DNA of 64,000 nt. Source: Negaprion brevirostris (lineage: Eukaryota). Positions 36,766 to 49,272 of the stretch are shown here, piece after piece (positions within the stretch are counted from its first letter, which is position 1; every line of letters begins with the position of its first letter). The translations under genes and the position numbers were made by a program. The stretch covers positions 10,685,715-10,749,714 of the forward strand of contig JARDVH010000121.1 in the NCBI GenBank assembly GCA_030324005.1, given 5' to 3'. A model generated the notes under the pieces. That model saw only the letters and a list, made by a program, of their open reading frames with translations. It ran no database searches and had not been told where the DNA came from.

Positions 36766-39700
36766 TTGTCTCTTCCCCCTTTGTCAAACTGACTACTATC
36801 TTGATCCGGATATGTCTTCTTCAAAAGCTTCGCCACCATTCTGGTAAACTTTGCTAGTCTGTCTTTCAGTGGCATATTTCGACGTACTGTTGGAAGGATG
36901 TTATCGTGTTTGCAAAACTTTTAGTCTCCTGGCACTAAGTCCCAAAAAAATGAGAAAATAAAATCGATTCCTCCTGCAATCTCCGAATGTGCTCCGAACC
37001 TTTTATATGTGGCTGTGTTGTCAAGTCTCTTTTCTCCTCATCGATCACATAAACACGTTTTCTGAGTCGTCATTGTTTCAGTCGACATTTAATGCACTCT
37101 GAATGTACATATTCCGTCTTCGTAATTCGTGGGGATATACCGTGAAAATGATCGTAGTACCTCTCCTTAAATACAATCATCTTTTTAACAGTTAGCTCGT
37201 CTTCTCAATCTCTGATGTCAATGAATCTGAGCAGATCCATTCTATTCACAATCTCCAATAAGTTATGCTTCATCGGGATATTTGTTCTGAACTTTTGAAT
37301 TGTGAAGCTACAACTCATGAAATATGGATTGATATCCTGCTNNNNNNNNNNTGACTACTAAACCACGTGGTCCTATTCCATTCTCAAGAACGACACCCAG
37401 AGATGATTTCTTTCCCACATGGCTAAAAACATACTGTTAGAATTGAAACTATTGTATATGCCTTGCAATTCTTAATACTTTCCTTGGTAACTTGTTCCTC
37501 CACATTTTCTTCACTATTTGCTGGCATTGGAACTAGAATGAGCACATTTTGCCCACCCTCTCCACATTCTTCGTCCTTACCTTTAACCAACATCCGCTCA
37601 TTTAAATGTGCAGGGCACTCCCTCTCTTCTCTCAGATCACGACTACGTTCCCTTTAATCAATACTGTCGGCTCCCATTTTTGTTCCTTCCCATCTTTCCT
37701 GAAAACCTACTTAAGAGAAACATTTAATGCCTAACACATTGCTTCTTTGATTCACATTCTTTTAACACGACATAAATTTGTCACCTGGTTCGCTGCATGT
37801 ATCAATGCCAAGTGCCCAAATCCTACCACTGGTCTTTCTCTAACAACACCAAACACGCTGCAAAAAAATACACTCGCACACTACCCCAGTTCTATTGATG
37901 TTGCTTGAGAGTAATGACTTTAAATCGCATTGTCTTAAATAATATTTTTATTGATTCCCCCACACCTTAAATTATCCCAAAATGTTGTAGATAGAGAGGT
38001 AGATCTGCAATGCCCATCAGCCAAGCAGCACAGGTCTTTTCTGTGAATGTTATAGTCTGATTTTCTTTGTGTTTCTGCTTCTCAGTGCTCCAGAATTGAA
38101 TATCAAAAATCCAGCTTTGCGTCGCCGAGATCCTTCTCTGCTTCACTCTGCTCACAACCTCCACTGTTGTGTTTCTACTAGGGCTATTTTCAGTCTTGAC
38201 ATGCTTCTCATTGATCCATATCCGCTTCAACAATAATCCTGCTGTGCGCTGCATGGACCGTGCAAATCCTGACATTAACCCCAGCATTTTGCGCATAAAT
38301 TGTGGGTGATGCTATCATTGAGAATGGAAATGTTTCTGGAGCCTCCTTCTCCTACAGTAAATTCCTAATTTGCCTATCACATGACTGAATATAGTAAGAA
38401 TTGGGAGTCTAATCACACCTGTTCATAAAAAGTTGTTTTGATTCTGATCCTTGCCATGCATAGCGTTATGTGTTGCGACTTCACGAGGTAAACAAGCCGG
38501 TGGTGGTATGCTGAATACCATTCTTGTTGTTCTATCTAGTACACATGTAGAACTATTAATGAACGGATTAAATCTGATGACAGCCTGTAGAACATACAGG
38601 AGCTATGAGGTTACACCTAGTGTATAAACAAAGTTGGTCTGCTAATGATGGCTCGAAGCATCTCAGGGATGGGCCGTTTTAAACTGTTGTGCCTGTTCAG
38701 AATCGTGCTCCATAATCTGCTGGTAATGTCACAAACAGGGCAGATGCTGTGTTCAGAATGAAGAGTGGTCTTTGCTCCATAAGCAATAAAACTGAAACTT
38801 GTTACCGTTGTACCGTCCAAATATTTGCCTTAGAAATGTATTTTTAATGAACAATATGTGGGAGGCTTCAGCCTCGAGGTGGTACTCTCACCATCTGCTG
38901 CAACCCGTTCTTTAGCTCTTCACGACTCGATCAGCACAGTAATAGAACATAGAACATAGAACATTACAGCGCAGAACAGGCCCTTCGGCCCACGATGTTG
39001 CGCCGACCAGTTACAANNNNNNNNNNNNNNNNNNNNNNNNNNNNNNNNNNNNNNNNNNNNNNNNNNNNNNNNNNNNNNNNNNNNNNNNNNNNNNNNNNNN
39101 NNNNNNNNNNNNNNNNNNNNNNNNNNNNNNNNNNNNNNNNNNNNNNNNNNNNNNNNNNNNNNNNNNNNNNNNNNNNNNNNNNNNNNNNNNNNNNNNNNNN
39201 NNNNNNNNNNNNNNNNNNNNNNNNNNNNNNNNNNNNNNNNNNNNNNNNNNNNNNNNNNNNNNNNNNNNNNNNNNNNNNNNNNNNNNNNNNNNNNNNNNNN
39301 NNNNNNNNNNNNNNNNNNNNNNNNNNNNNNNNNNNNNNNNNNNNNNNNNNNNNNNNNNNNNNNNNNNNNNNNNNNNNNNNNNNNNNNNNNNNNNNNNNNN
39401 NNNNNNNNNNNNNNNNNNNNNNNNNNNNNNNNNNNNNNNNNNNNNNNNNNNNNNNNNNNNNNNNNNNNNNNNNNNNNNNNNNNNNNNNNNNNNNNNNNNN
39501 NNNNNNNNNNNNNNNNNNNNNNNNNNNNNNNNNNNNNNNNNNNNNNNNNNNNNNNNNNNNNNNNNNNNNNNNNNNNNNNNNNNNNNNNNNNNNNNNNNNN
39601 NNNNNNNNNNNNNNNNNNNNNNNNNNNNNNNNNNNNNNNNNNNNNNNNNNNNNNNNNNNNNNNNNNNNNNNNCCCATCTATGCCCCCCTCACTTTCACCC

Positions 39701-40599
39701 CCGCTACTCAGGATCCCACCCCCCCCCCCCTCTGAATCAGTTTAAATGGTTCGGCCATGAACGATAATTGATGCACAGTGAAGTCTCCACTCAGAGATAT
39801 TTTGTACTTTGAATATTTATTTCAACGTGGCTTTAAACATATTGGCATGTGGATGCAACAATGAAGGTAGACCGTTAAGTGGTCATCAGTAGCAGTTATA
39901 TCAGTCGATGCTCTGCCGTTTCTTCATTACCCAGCCTGCAGAACACTATGCTCCTACCTCTTAATGGGTTTTAGGAGCTTTGGTTGAAACTTTCTTTTTC
40001 AAAAGACTAAACAGCAGTGTTACCAAGGCAAGAGGCTTTCAGCTTTTTGATTTTTTTTGTTTAAATAATCAATTTGATTTAGGCAGTTAGATACCAAGAA
40101 TATATTAAATTTAAAGCTAATGGTTTTGACAACCTAGGACCACTCCTTTTGTGGGAAATATTGATATGGCATCACAGATATAAAAGAAGGGGGCAGCGAG
40201 ACAAAATGAGAGGGCAACTACCATGTCATAGCTGACAGCACTTAACTCAAAGCCCCATCTAGACAGTAATGGTACAAAAGAAGAAAGAAGAATCCACAGA
40301 GAAGGCCCAAAATACTCCAGAAAACGCAATTTAGAGAGTAGTTAAATTATTTATTTTTGTTAATGCGTGGGAATTGTATTAACTTGAACAGCATGCCATT
40401 AGAACTTGTTCTGTTGAGTCTGTTAGTAGCCTCGGTGAAGCTGCTTTCTCTTAGTTAGATAAATAGATAAATGATTTTAGACTGAGTGTCAGGGATTTAT
40501 TTTGTATTTAGAAACAAGTAGTTTCTGATGAGCAGGTTAGACTATTTCACATACATGTTTTACAGATTATGGGGCGAGGTACTCCTCTTTGGTGTTGTT

Positions 40600-42070
40600 G
40601 TTGTGATTCCTCAGAGATGAGAACTATTTCCGCTTTGCAAAAATGATCATTTTTCTGGTATTTCCAAACATTACAGCAGTGACTCCCTTTTCAGCAGTCA
40701 ACCCATGGATAACTCACAGTTATCCACTTCTCCAGCTTCCACCACAAGAATGTTAAATATGCCATCACCTACAAACAAGCCTTGCGTATACAGTGGACCT
40801 GTTCGAACTAAGAGAAACGCGATGGACATCTTCAGACCTGAAGAACGTCCTCATAGGAGCGGGATACGATTTACAACCCATCCAGCGAATGTTCCAAAGT
40901 GCCTCTACGAAATACTATAACACCCTCCTCAGGAGACAGATACAGGACAAGAACGGCAGTTTCCTCGTCATTGTTCAGGCCTTCCCCAGAGCAGAGAAGC
41001 TGCGCCTGTCTTTTTTGCAGTCTTCAACACGACGCCAATTAGACAAACCTTTGCCAAGTGAATCCCTGTATCTTCGTTACTCACCTTCAAACAACCACCT
41101 CAAACAAACCATCGTTTGCAGCCTTCAGGACAACAGCGATTGTGAAACCACACAGTCCTGCTACGGTAACCACCGAAGGACATCCCAGATCATCGATCAA
41201 GTATAACTATCACACGAGGAAACACCACCTACCAAGTACACAGTAAGTACTCATGTCACTCGGCCAATGTAGTCTACCATATATGCTTCAGGAAAGGATG
41301 CCACAGGGCGTGGTATATCAGCGAAACCGTCTAGATACTATGGCGATGGGTGAACGAAAGCCACACAGCAACGGCCAAGGAGTCGTACTCCCTCCCAGTT
41401 GGGGAACACTTCAGTTGTCAAGGACGTTCAGTCTCCGATCTTGGAATAACGCTTCTGCTAGGCAGTCATCCAGGCGCATAACAATACAGAATCGCGGAGC
41501 AGAAACAAATGGACAAGTTCCACATGCATTAGGGCGGCCTTAACTGTAATCTTAAGTTCCGATCACGGCTAAATGCAACCCCACCATTTTGTTTGATGGG
41601 AGAAGAATCTCACTGACTGTCCTGTTTTAACAGCATGCACACGTTGATTATGGGTGACGATCACTCCACCTGATTTATGTTGCACTGCGTTTCACAACAT
41701 CTCATTCTTTGATTGTTTATAATTTTCTCTCGGTCTTAATTTATAAGTTCTTAGGTCATTCCTGCACTTATTATTCAGCTGTTGAAACGTTGCATATACT
41801 GATTACACAACTGTTTGCATTTCTCGATTAGCGCTCGTGATTACTTGTGAAGCCTTGTTATTCAGCCTGTCTGCACTGTCTGTACTTATCCTTTGATACT
41901 CTGTCGCTACTCCACCAATGTAATCTGTGTCTGCATCTCGCTTCACTTCACCTAACGAAGGAGCAGTGCCCTGAAAGCTTGTGATTTCAAATGAGCACAT
42001 TAGTCTGTAACCTTGTGCTGTGTGACCACTCATATTGTCCACCCTAGTCCAACATCGGCATCTGCACGGC
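40600..42070 (+). mobile_element. Penelope-like element relic (C-terminal region, GIY-YIG endonuclease and terminal repeat)
   Basis: YSCHSANVVYHIC and WYISET remnants at about 41248-41330; terminal motif cctaacgaaggagcagtgccctgaaagc at about 41950-41980. Confidence 0.8.
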
Positions 42071-42517
42071 ATGCCATTTCAATGTTCGCAGAAGAAAACG
42101 GTCTGAAAAGAGTACAAGAAAAACGTTGATATGCTTCAGACGTTGAATCAGAAAGCGAACTCAGCTTCTGTCGCATAAGAGAGGGTTATCGCGTGGGCTG
42201 CTGGCCTAATGTTTCAAGTCGTCTCTCAAAATAAACAACGAGGATGTTCAATCATGTTACTATCCACCTTGCATTAGTAACCAATCCCAGCCCGTACTCC
42301 CTCATAGGCATATCATCTTCCAAAATCTATCACTGGAAGCTGCTAGGAGACTGCAAGAAGTGATACAAGCATCACTGGGTTTTTGTTATGAAGAGGAAAG
42401 ATAAAGTAAGAGATAATTACACATTCTAAATTGATTCAAAACAGTGGTTTAACGGAAACCTAATGAGCCAAGAACGACTTATTTTTGAAACGTTTGCATT
42501 ATTTATCTTTCTCATAG

Positions 42518-42544
42518 AACAAAACCAAAAGCAGAAGGAGAAAG
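42518..42544 (+). CDS. Micro-exon E11, 27 nt, EQNQKQKEK
   Basis: tttatctttctcatag|aacaaaaccaaaagcagaaggagaaag|gtaaga. Confidence 0.88.
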
Positions 42545-44360
42545 GTAAGAATATCCCAACAAAATAAAATGGCTCTTATTTTGTTGACACTGTCCATGAA
42601 AGACCGTTGATCCCCCCTCAATAATGCTCCCAAAAGATTCGATCGATATGTGGGGAATTTTCACCATGAGACTTTAAAAAATATGCACGAAAAGTCCAAC
42701 CAACTATTAAAATGGATGACTTGTTTGTAACCCGCTAAACAGAAACTACATGGAGAAAATCTCAATGTGCCTCCATTGTCCTAATGTTCATTATAATAAT
42801 CGGAAAATATTTCTCAACAGGTTGCCGTATTCCTGCCTCTATTTGTGTCATTATTCGTATGCAGGATTTTTCGAAGCCATCTCTATTTCTTAAGTGCCAA
42901 TTTGACTATCAGTAGGCCTCATGTTATGCTACAGAAACATATTTCATCCTAACATCCGGTGTCTTCTTTTTAACCTGGGTTAATGCAATCTGGTTATTTG
43001 AGTGTGCTATCCTGAGGTTCATAAGAGTGGGGTCTCATAGATTGATTGACAGGAAGAGTCGTGTCACTGGGTGTGGCCAGGCTCACACAGACAACCAAGT
43101 TCAGTTGCTGCTTGGGACCTCGAGGAAAACGTAGTTATCTGTCTCTTTCACTTCTCTAGAGATTAGAGTCTGCAAAAGAACAAAAAATAAGAGTATTTAT
43201 CTGAAGTTCTGCTATTAAAGATAGGGCTGTCTGTAGAGTGTGTTGCATGGCCGTTGGAATACATGCATGTTTGTATTTCTGTCCAGAAATGTTAGGCTGG
43301 AAGTTTAGCACCCACAAAATCCGAATGTTTTGTGCTAGCTGATGCTGAAGGGTGATTTATACTGTGGATAACTGCTGGAAACAGTTTAAAGTAAGGCAAT
43401 TTAAAAAGTGACATCATTCGGAAGCCGATAATTGATACATTAAGGATAGATATTCACTGGGGAATGATTAAAGTTAAGTGGATTAGGTCTAGCTGAATAT
43501 TCCTTTTTGTTAGATGTTGCGGTTATGATCGACTAACTGGATTTCTTCTTCATTGTGCTGGTACGGTGGAACAGTGGTATTGGCAGTGGACAAACGATCC
43601 AAAGATAGTTCGCTGGGGATATACATTTGAATCCTACTTTGGGGATCTTTAGTTTTGAATTCAAACATAAACGGTGATGTTAAATTTGTTGTTTACGGTG
43701 AGCCGCTTTTGGTTCACTAATATGATCTGGAGAAATAACCTGGTATATTTAATTAGTCGATCCAACACTTAACTCCAAACTTACTGCAATGGGGTTAATT
43801 AAAAGTCCTTTCTATGAAAGGGTCTAGCAAATCAGTCAGTTCAACAATGTATATGTGTGTGTGTGATTTTTCCGGATTCATTTCTCATTCTACACAATCC
43901 ATGATAAAAATATCCAATCTCTAATTCCAACTTGTTTCCCACACTTAACTGTTCCTTTTCTGATTTTATAAGCATGTCGTGCTTCAAAGACTGGGTTGTG
44001 TGAAAAGTGTTTCCACTACTGTCATGAAAATTCTCATAACAAGTTAAATTTGTTTTATTTCAATTGACAAATCTTCTTCCATTTCGGAGATACAACAAAT
44101 GATCAGATGGTACTAAACATGAATGATTTCAAAAGAAAGATGTAGTTCTGTACAATTTAATAATTGAACTGAAAACACACTTGTAACAAATTATTTTTGG
44201 TGCGCGTTTCAGGAACCCATTTTCTTCAACCTGCCAATTAATGTTTTTTGTATCATTTGTGCATTTCAACAGTGGGACGTTTATCTGGGTTACAATGTGA
44301 AGAGATTAGATGTTACTATATAATTTAATACTATAAATGCCAGTATTACCTCTTTTTTAG

Positions 44361-44387
44361 AATTCAAAATTCTTTTGCAAAACTGCA
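44361..44387 (+). CDS. Micro-exon E12, 27 nt, EFKILLQNC
   Basis: acctcttttttag|aattcaaaattcttttgcaaaactgca|gtaagt; positional counterpart of E8. Confidence 0.78.
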
Positions 44388-44614
44388 GTAAGTATAACAA
44401 TCGGAATAATCGTGACACTATCGGGACACTTTCTCCAACATTTTGTATATTGCCGATTTGTTGTTGAATTGAAACGTATGCTGCGGCAAAAAAAGTCAGT
44501 AAATGTGAATTTCTAGCAAAAGTGCTATAATAAGTTTTCAGCTGAGATCATTATTAATGTGAGATGGATGGATAGCGCGACTGATGAGTTGAGGTGAAGA
44601 AAAGTAGGATGCAC

Positions 44615-45176
44615 GTTATGTGCAGTATACAGTCCTGGAAAGACTATTTGCAAAGAATAGGAAGGACTATTACTTACATGGCGAAAAACTGCAGCATGCG
44701 ACGGTGCAGAGGGACCTTGGGGTCCTTCTGCATGAGTCGCAAAAACCCAGCCTGCAGGTGCAGCAGGTGGTCAGGAAGGCGAATGGGATGCTGGCCTTCA
44801 TAGCGNNNNNNNNNNNNNNNNNNNNNNNNNNNNNNNNNNNNNNNNNNNNNNNNNNNNNNNNNNNNNNNNNNNNNNNNNNNNNNNNNNNNNNNNNNNNNNN
44901 NNNNNACGGAGTTGAGGAGGAACTTCTTCACTCAAAGGGTGGTGAATCTCTGGAATTCTCTGCCCGTTGAAGTGGTGGAGGTCGCCTCGCTAAATATATT
45001 TAAGACGCGGGTTGATAGATTTTTGATGGGCAAGGGGATCAAGGGTTATGGGGAGAGGGCGGGAATGTGGAACTGAGCCAGGACAGATCAGCCATGATCT
45101 TATTGAGTGGCGGGGCAGGCTCGAGGGGCTAGATGGCCTACTCCTGCCCCTATGTCTTATGTTCTTATGTTCTTAT
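44615..45176 (+). mobile_element. Young 5'-truncated CR1 3' end (spans a gap)
   Basis: VQRDLGVLLHES...QVQQVVRKANGMLAFIA; FFTQRVVNLWNSLP; (tatgttct)n tail. Confidence 0.92.
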
Positions 45177-46659
45177 ACACGATTGTTGTGTTATTGAATT
45201 TGTTTGAATCTATTGGAATCCACTGAAAGGATAGTATTACCATCCAACCTCGTTATAAATGGTTCATGTGCAGTGATGAAAGAATTGCATTCAGACGATG
45301 GATGGCGTTCAGGGAACGGGTAGGACGCGAGGCACCGAACTTGCTACCATAAAGATCTGATTGGGCCAAAGGTGTGGTGCATATTCGGCAAACGGATGTA
45401 ATTGCACCATTGTGAAATGAAGTGCAAGTCATGTTGGTACGGTTCGAGAAGATAAGGGACAGAAATCCTATGCCGATCATAACCACTGCGATAGACCAGT
45501 TTGGAAAAGGAGCCACTACTTGCGCCAGAAATATTTTGCAATGCGTGAGATATAATGCAGATCAGTGAGGACAGAGAGCGCGCGTTCCCGACTGAGACTA
45601 TAAAGGATTAAGAAAAAAAAAAGTTGCATGTACTGGTCACTGTGGAATACAGAAAATCCTATCCGTATTTCATGGGTATTGAAATTCTAAGGTTGAAGGC
45701 AGCATACAACTTTTTTACAGACATGGATGAGTAAAATGGAGGACTTCATGAGAGGGTAGATGGCAGATGAAGGAAAGTTGAGTGATGTAGAAATAAGATG
45801 ACTGATTTCTAGTTTAAGTGAAGAAATATACACATAGACTGTGACTATTTGGAGGGCTAGAATATGGACAACGTGCATTGTTACTAGTACAAATGGTAGG
45901 ATGACCGTGGTTACAATTACGAAAATGTTGTTCTGGAAAGTGGCTCAATGTCGCTCTTTAGCTATTTTGATGGAATTATTGTTGCTCAAAGCCGGGATAA
46001 TGTAATCATTCAAATCAATGTCTCATTATAACATGTTTCTGGGAATTCAGCAAGCTTCATTAGCAAATTATGTATGAAACATATAGCAAATTCTAATATT
46101 GTAGAATCATTGCATTGTGTCATTTCTTATTGACTTGTGCAAGGAAGACGTATAGCTGGTATAATGCAGATGTTTAAGACAAAATAAACAACTAATTGGG
46201 TAGTTCTAACAGGGGAGATAAGCTTTAGTATTAGAGAAAGATCAAAACAAACGTTATGCATCTCAATGAATTTCTACTCATAACAAACACTGCCCCAATG
46301 TCAATTGGGCAAAGAGAAACTGGGATTAGAGTCATGTGTTAGTAACCAGCAAACGCATGTATGGGCAGTGCAATTTTCCTGTCAGCGTATCACGTCCCAA
46401 TGATATTTTTCATGAACATTTCAAATACAATTTGGCTGAAAAAACAACCGAGGTATATTAAAACACACAATTTATCTTTCATACCTAACCGAAACACATC
46501 AGTTTTAAGAAGATTAAAAGATGAGTGTGAGAATTTCAAGTGTTCTCTGAATGTACAGTGCTGCCACCAGTTGATAATAATCTTCTTAAGATTGGGATGT
46601 GAAAATGAACGAGGGACGAGAATAAAGAAGCATTTAAAAATTAACAGCATTTGGCCGAC

Positions 46660-47180
46660 CAAGCCTCATGGACCATTCATTATGATAAAATCAAATTACT
46701 GCGAATGCTAGAACATTTATCATGGCTGATTTTCTATCTCTATCTAAATCATAAGAAGTTCTCTCCCCTACAATATTTGCTGTCCACAAGTCTATCAATT
46801 CATTTTTTAAAAAATATTCAGTGATCTGAACTCCACAAAATGACTGACCGTAAGACATGGGTGTATGGCCTCTTTTAGTAGCTGTGAAGTTGATCTGCAC
46901 TGCGTGGAATTCAAGTTTATTACTTCTTAGATAAGGAGACAAAAACTGCACACGATACTTCAGGGCCCTGTAAAGCTGCAGCGAGATTGCCTTCCTCCTG
47001 TACACAAAGAAACTCTCAATGAAGCCCAATAATCCATTTGTCTTCCTAACTGCTTACTGTATCTGCCTGCTTCTTTTCGACTGGTGTGCAGGGGGACCCA
47101 TGTTCTTTTGTATATCAACAGTTCCCAATATATCACCACTTAAATAATGTTTGGCGATGCTCTTTTTCCCTTACACCTAT
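46660..47180 (-). mobile_element. Decayed CR1 3' fragment
   Basis: Minus-strand LQLYRAL..YRVQFLSPYLR remnant. Confidence 0.65.
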
Positions 47181-47777
47181 CTAATTTATGCAGCATTTGA
47201 CATGCACTTTCATGTGAAATGGACTCCGTCCCTAACAGCACTATGTGTGCACCTATACCTCAGTGTCCACAGCGGTTCGAGAAGGCATCTCACCACTACC
47301 TTCTAAGGGGTAACTAGTGATGGGCAATAAATGCTGGTAAATGAAATATAACTTAATATTTCCTCTTAACGAGGCTGGCCATCGGTGATTTCTGATGGAA
47401 ACGAATCTGTTTGTATTGTGTCATTCACAAAGGATTAATGTGTATTCATGCGTATTCAAGCTAGGTCGATGAGGCTGGGTACAGATTATTTGTAAAAACA
47501 TGTATTCACATGTGGGAATTTTAAATGATTTGAAAGATTTAATGATGGGGATGTCGGCCTGCAGTTACATAATCATCAGCGCCTCCCCCACCCTCTGGCC
47601 GCAGCTTACCAGCCATGGGGCAGAGAAAAAGATAAGCAGTGTTGAATGGCAATGAAAACGATGTGGTCTGTCGAAAAAGTGAAAACTAGCATCTAATTTT
47701 CTATTAAATCGAAATCGATGAGAGAGGGACCAGCACAGCACATGGGGCTCAAGAGTTCTCTTTCCGTTGTTTTGCAG

Positions 47778-47804
47778 AGGAAGACATAGAGGAAAAAGAA
47801 TCAG
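47778..47804 (+). CDS. Micro-exon E13, 27 nt, KEDIEEKES
   Basis: ttccgttgttttgcag|aggaagacatagaggaaaaagaatcag|gtaaat; counterpart of E9. Confidence 0.87.
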
Positions 47805-49088
47805 GTAAATGACAATAGCTAATTCCAATGCTCCTCAACCGTTTGGAAGAATGTGTGTGAAATCCCATTAACGGAAAAGATTGAAAGGAATGAGCAAACC
47901 AATCTTTCAGATCTTCTCTCTATCCAGTAAGTTAGTCCAAGACCGTTATTTACTGTTGCAATAACCCGTTAGACTGTTGGTATTATTACTATTGTAATAA
48001 TAATAGCTATGATTCTCATCATTACCATCATTCTTCTAGACTAACATTAGAATATCATATTACTGAGTAAAATTAAAATAGTTTACCAAGCAGAATTATT
48101 GTGATCTTTGTAAAAATCCTGAATTGTTCAGTAAAACAATATAACTGCTGAACTGTAGGTCTATCCTAGTTCTGTCCTGCAGGACAAAGACACAAAAAGT
48201 GGCTAAAATCCCATTTAGAATTTTAGCCATCGACATGAATACTCGATATTTCCGTATCGTGCCGTCAATTGAGATGTATATAACAGACATAGCGACTGGT
48301 TTGGTACACATTCATATATGCCCACATAGAAGTTCAGTCTTTAAGTGTTCGTGGTATCTCAGCTAATTTTGCCAAGAACATGAGGTTAGGACGCACTCCT
48401 CGAATAAATTCAAAGCTTCGATAACATTTTGGTTGGCGTGAAATTTGCGGCCAACAACTACTCTCTTATTTGCAATTCCTGCTGCACAATGTTGAGAGCG
48501 AAGCAAAATGGAAAGTTGATGCAGCAACCTGTAACCGAGGAAGTTGACATTGTTCCAAATGTCCTCACGGGTATTTGTTGCAGGATTCCAGTTAGAGGGG
48601 ACAACAGGTATTTCCATTCAAGATTCATCGCTGTGCTTGGAATAATAGCAATGCCATTCAGATAAATGCTTGATTCAGTCGTGAAGGAGCCGACATCTTG
48701 CAGATAGGCGTTACTTCAATGCGCAGTATGCCCTTGAAACTTGCAGTACAATTTCAGTGTGAAATTATTACATGCTAGAAAAAAAACTCTAGAAACGGAA
48801 ACATTCCACAGCGTCCGTCTCAGCATTATTGTCAGTAGTGCAATCCATTTTTAAAATAGCAGGTTAGTCGCTCGCCATCGCTGTACCTTCCTGTGAGTAA
48901 TCCATTTGTTTCAGCAGAACACTTTATAAATACTTGAAGTGTTTTGCAATTCCTATGAAGAGCCTTGATTGATAAATAAATTTGCAATGACAGAGAGTAC
49001 AAAAGATTGTCAATAAACTCGTTATTTTTAAGCATTGAAGATCAATGTGGTTGAATACCACATGTCCCTTATAATAGAGAATGAAGGC

Positions 49089-49272
49089 CAAAGATGTGCG
49101 GGTTAGGTTGATTGGCCATGCTAAAATTGTCCCTTAGTGTACTGAGATGCGTGGATTAGCACGAAAAGTATGTAGGGATATTGAGGCAGGGCCTGGGTAG
49201 GATTGTGGTCGGTGCAGATTCGATGGGCCAAATTGCCGCTTTCTGCAGTGCAGGGTTGCTATGATTTCTGTG
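49089..49272 (+). mobile_element. HE1/V-SINE-like SINE, 3' half
   Basis: ccaaagatgtgcgggttaggttgattggccatgctaaaattgtcccttagtgt... Confidence 0.85.
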
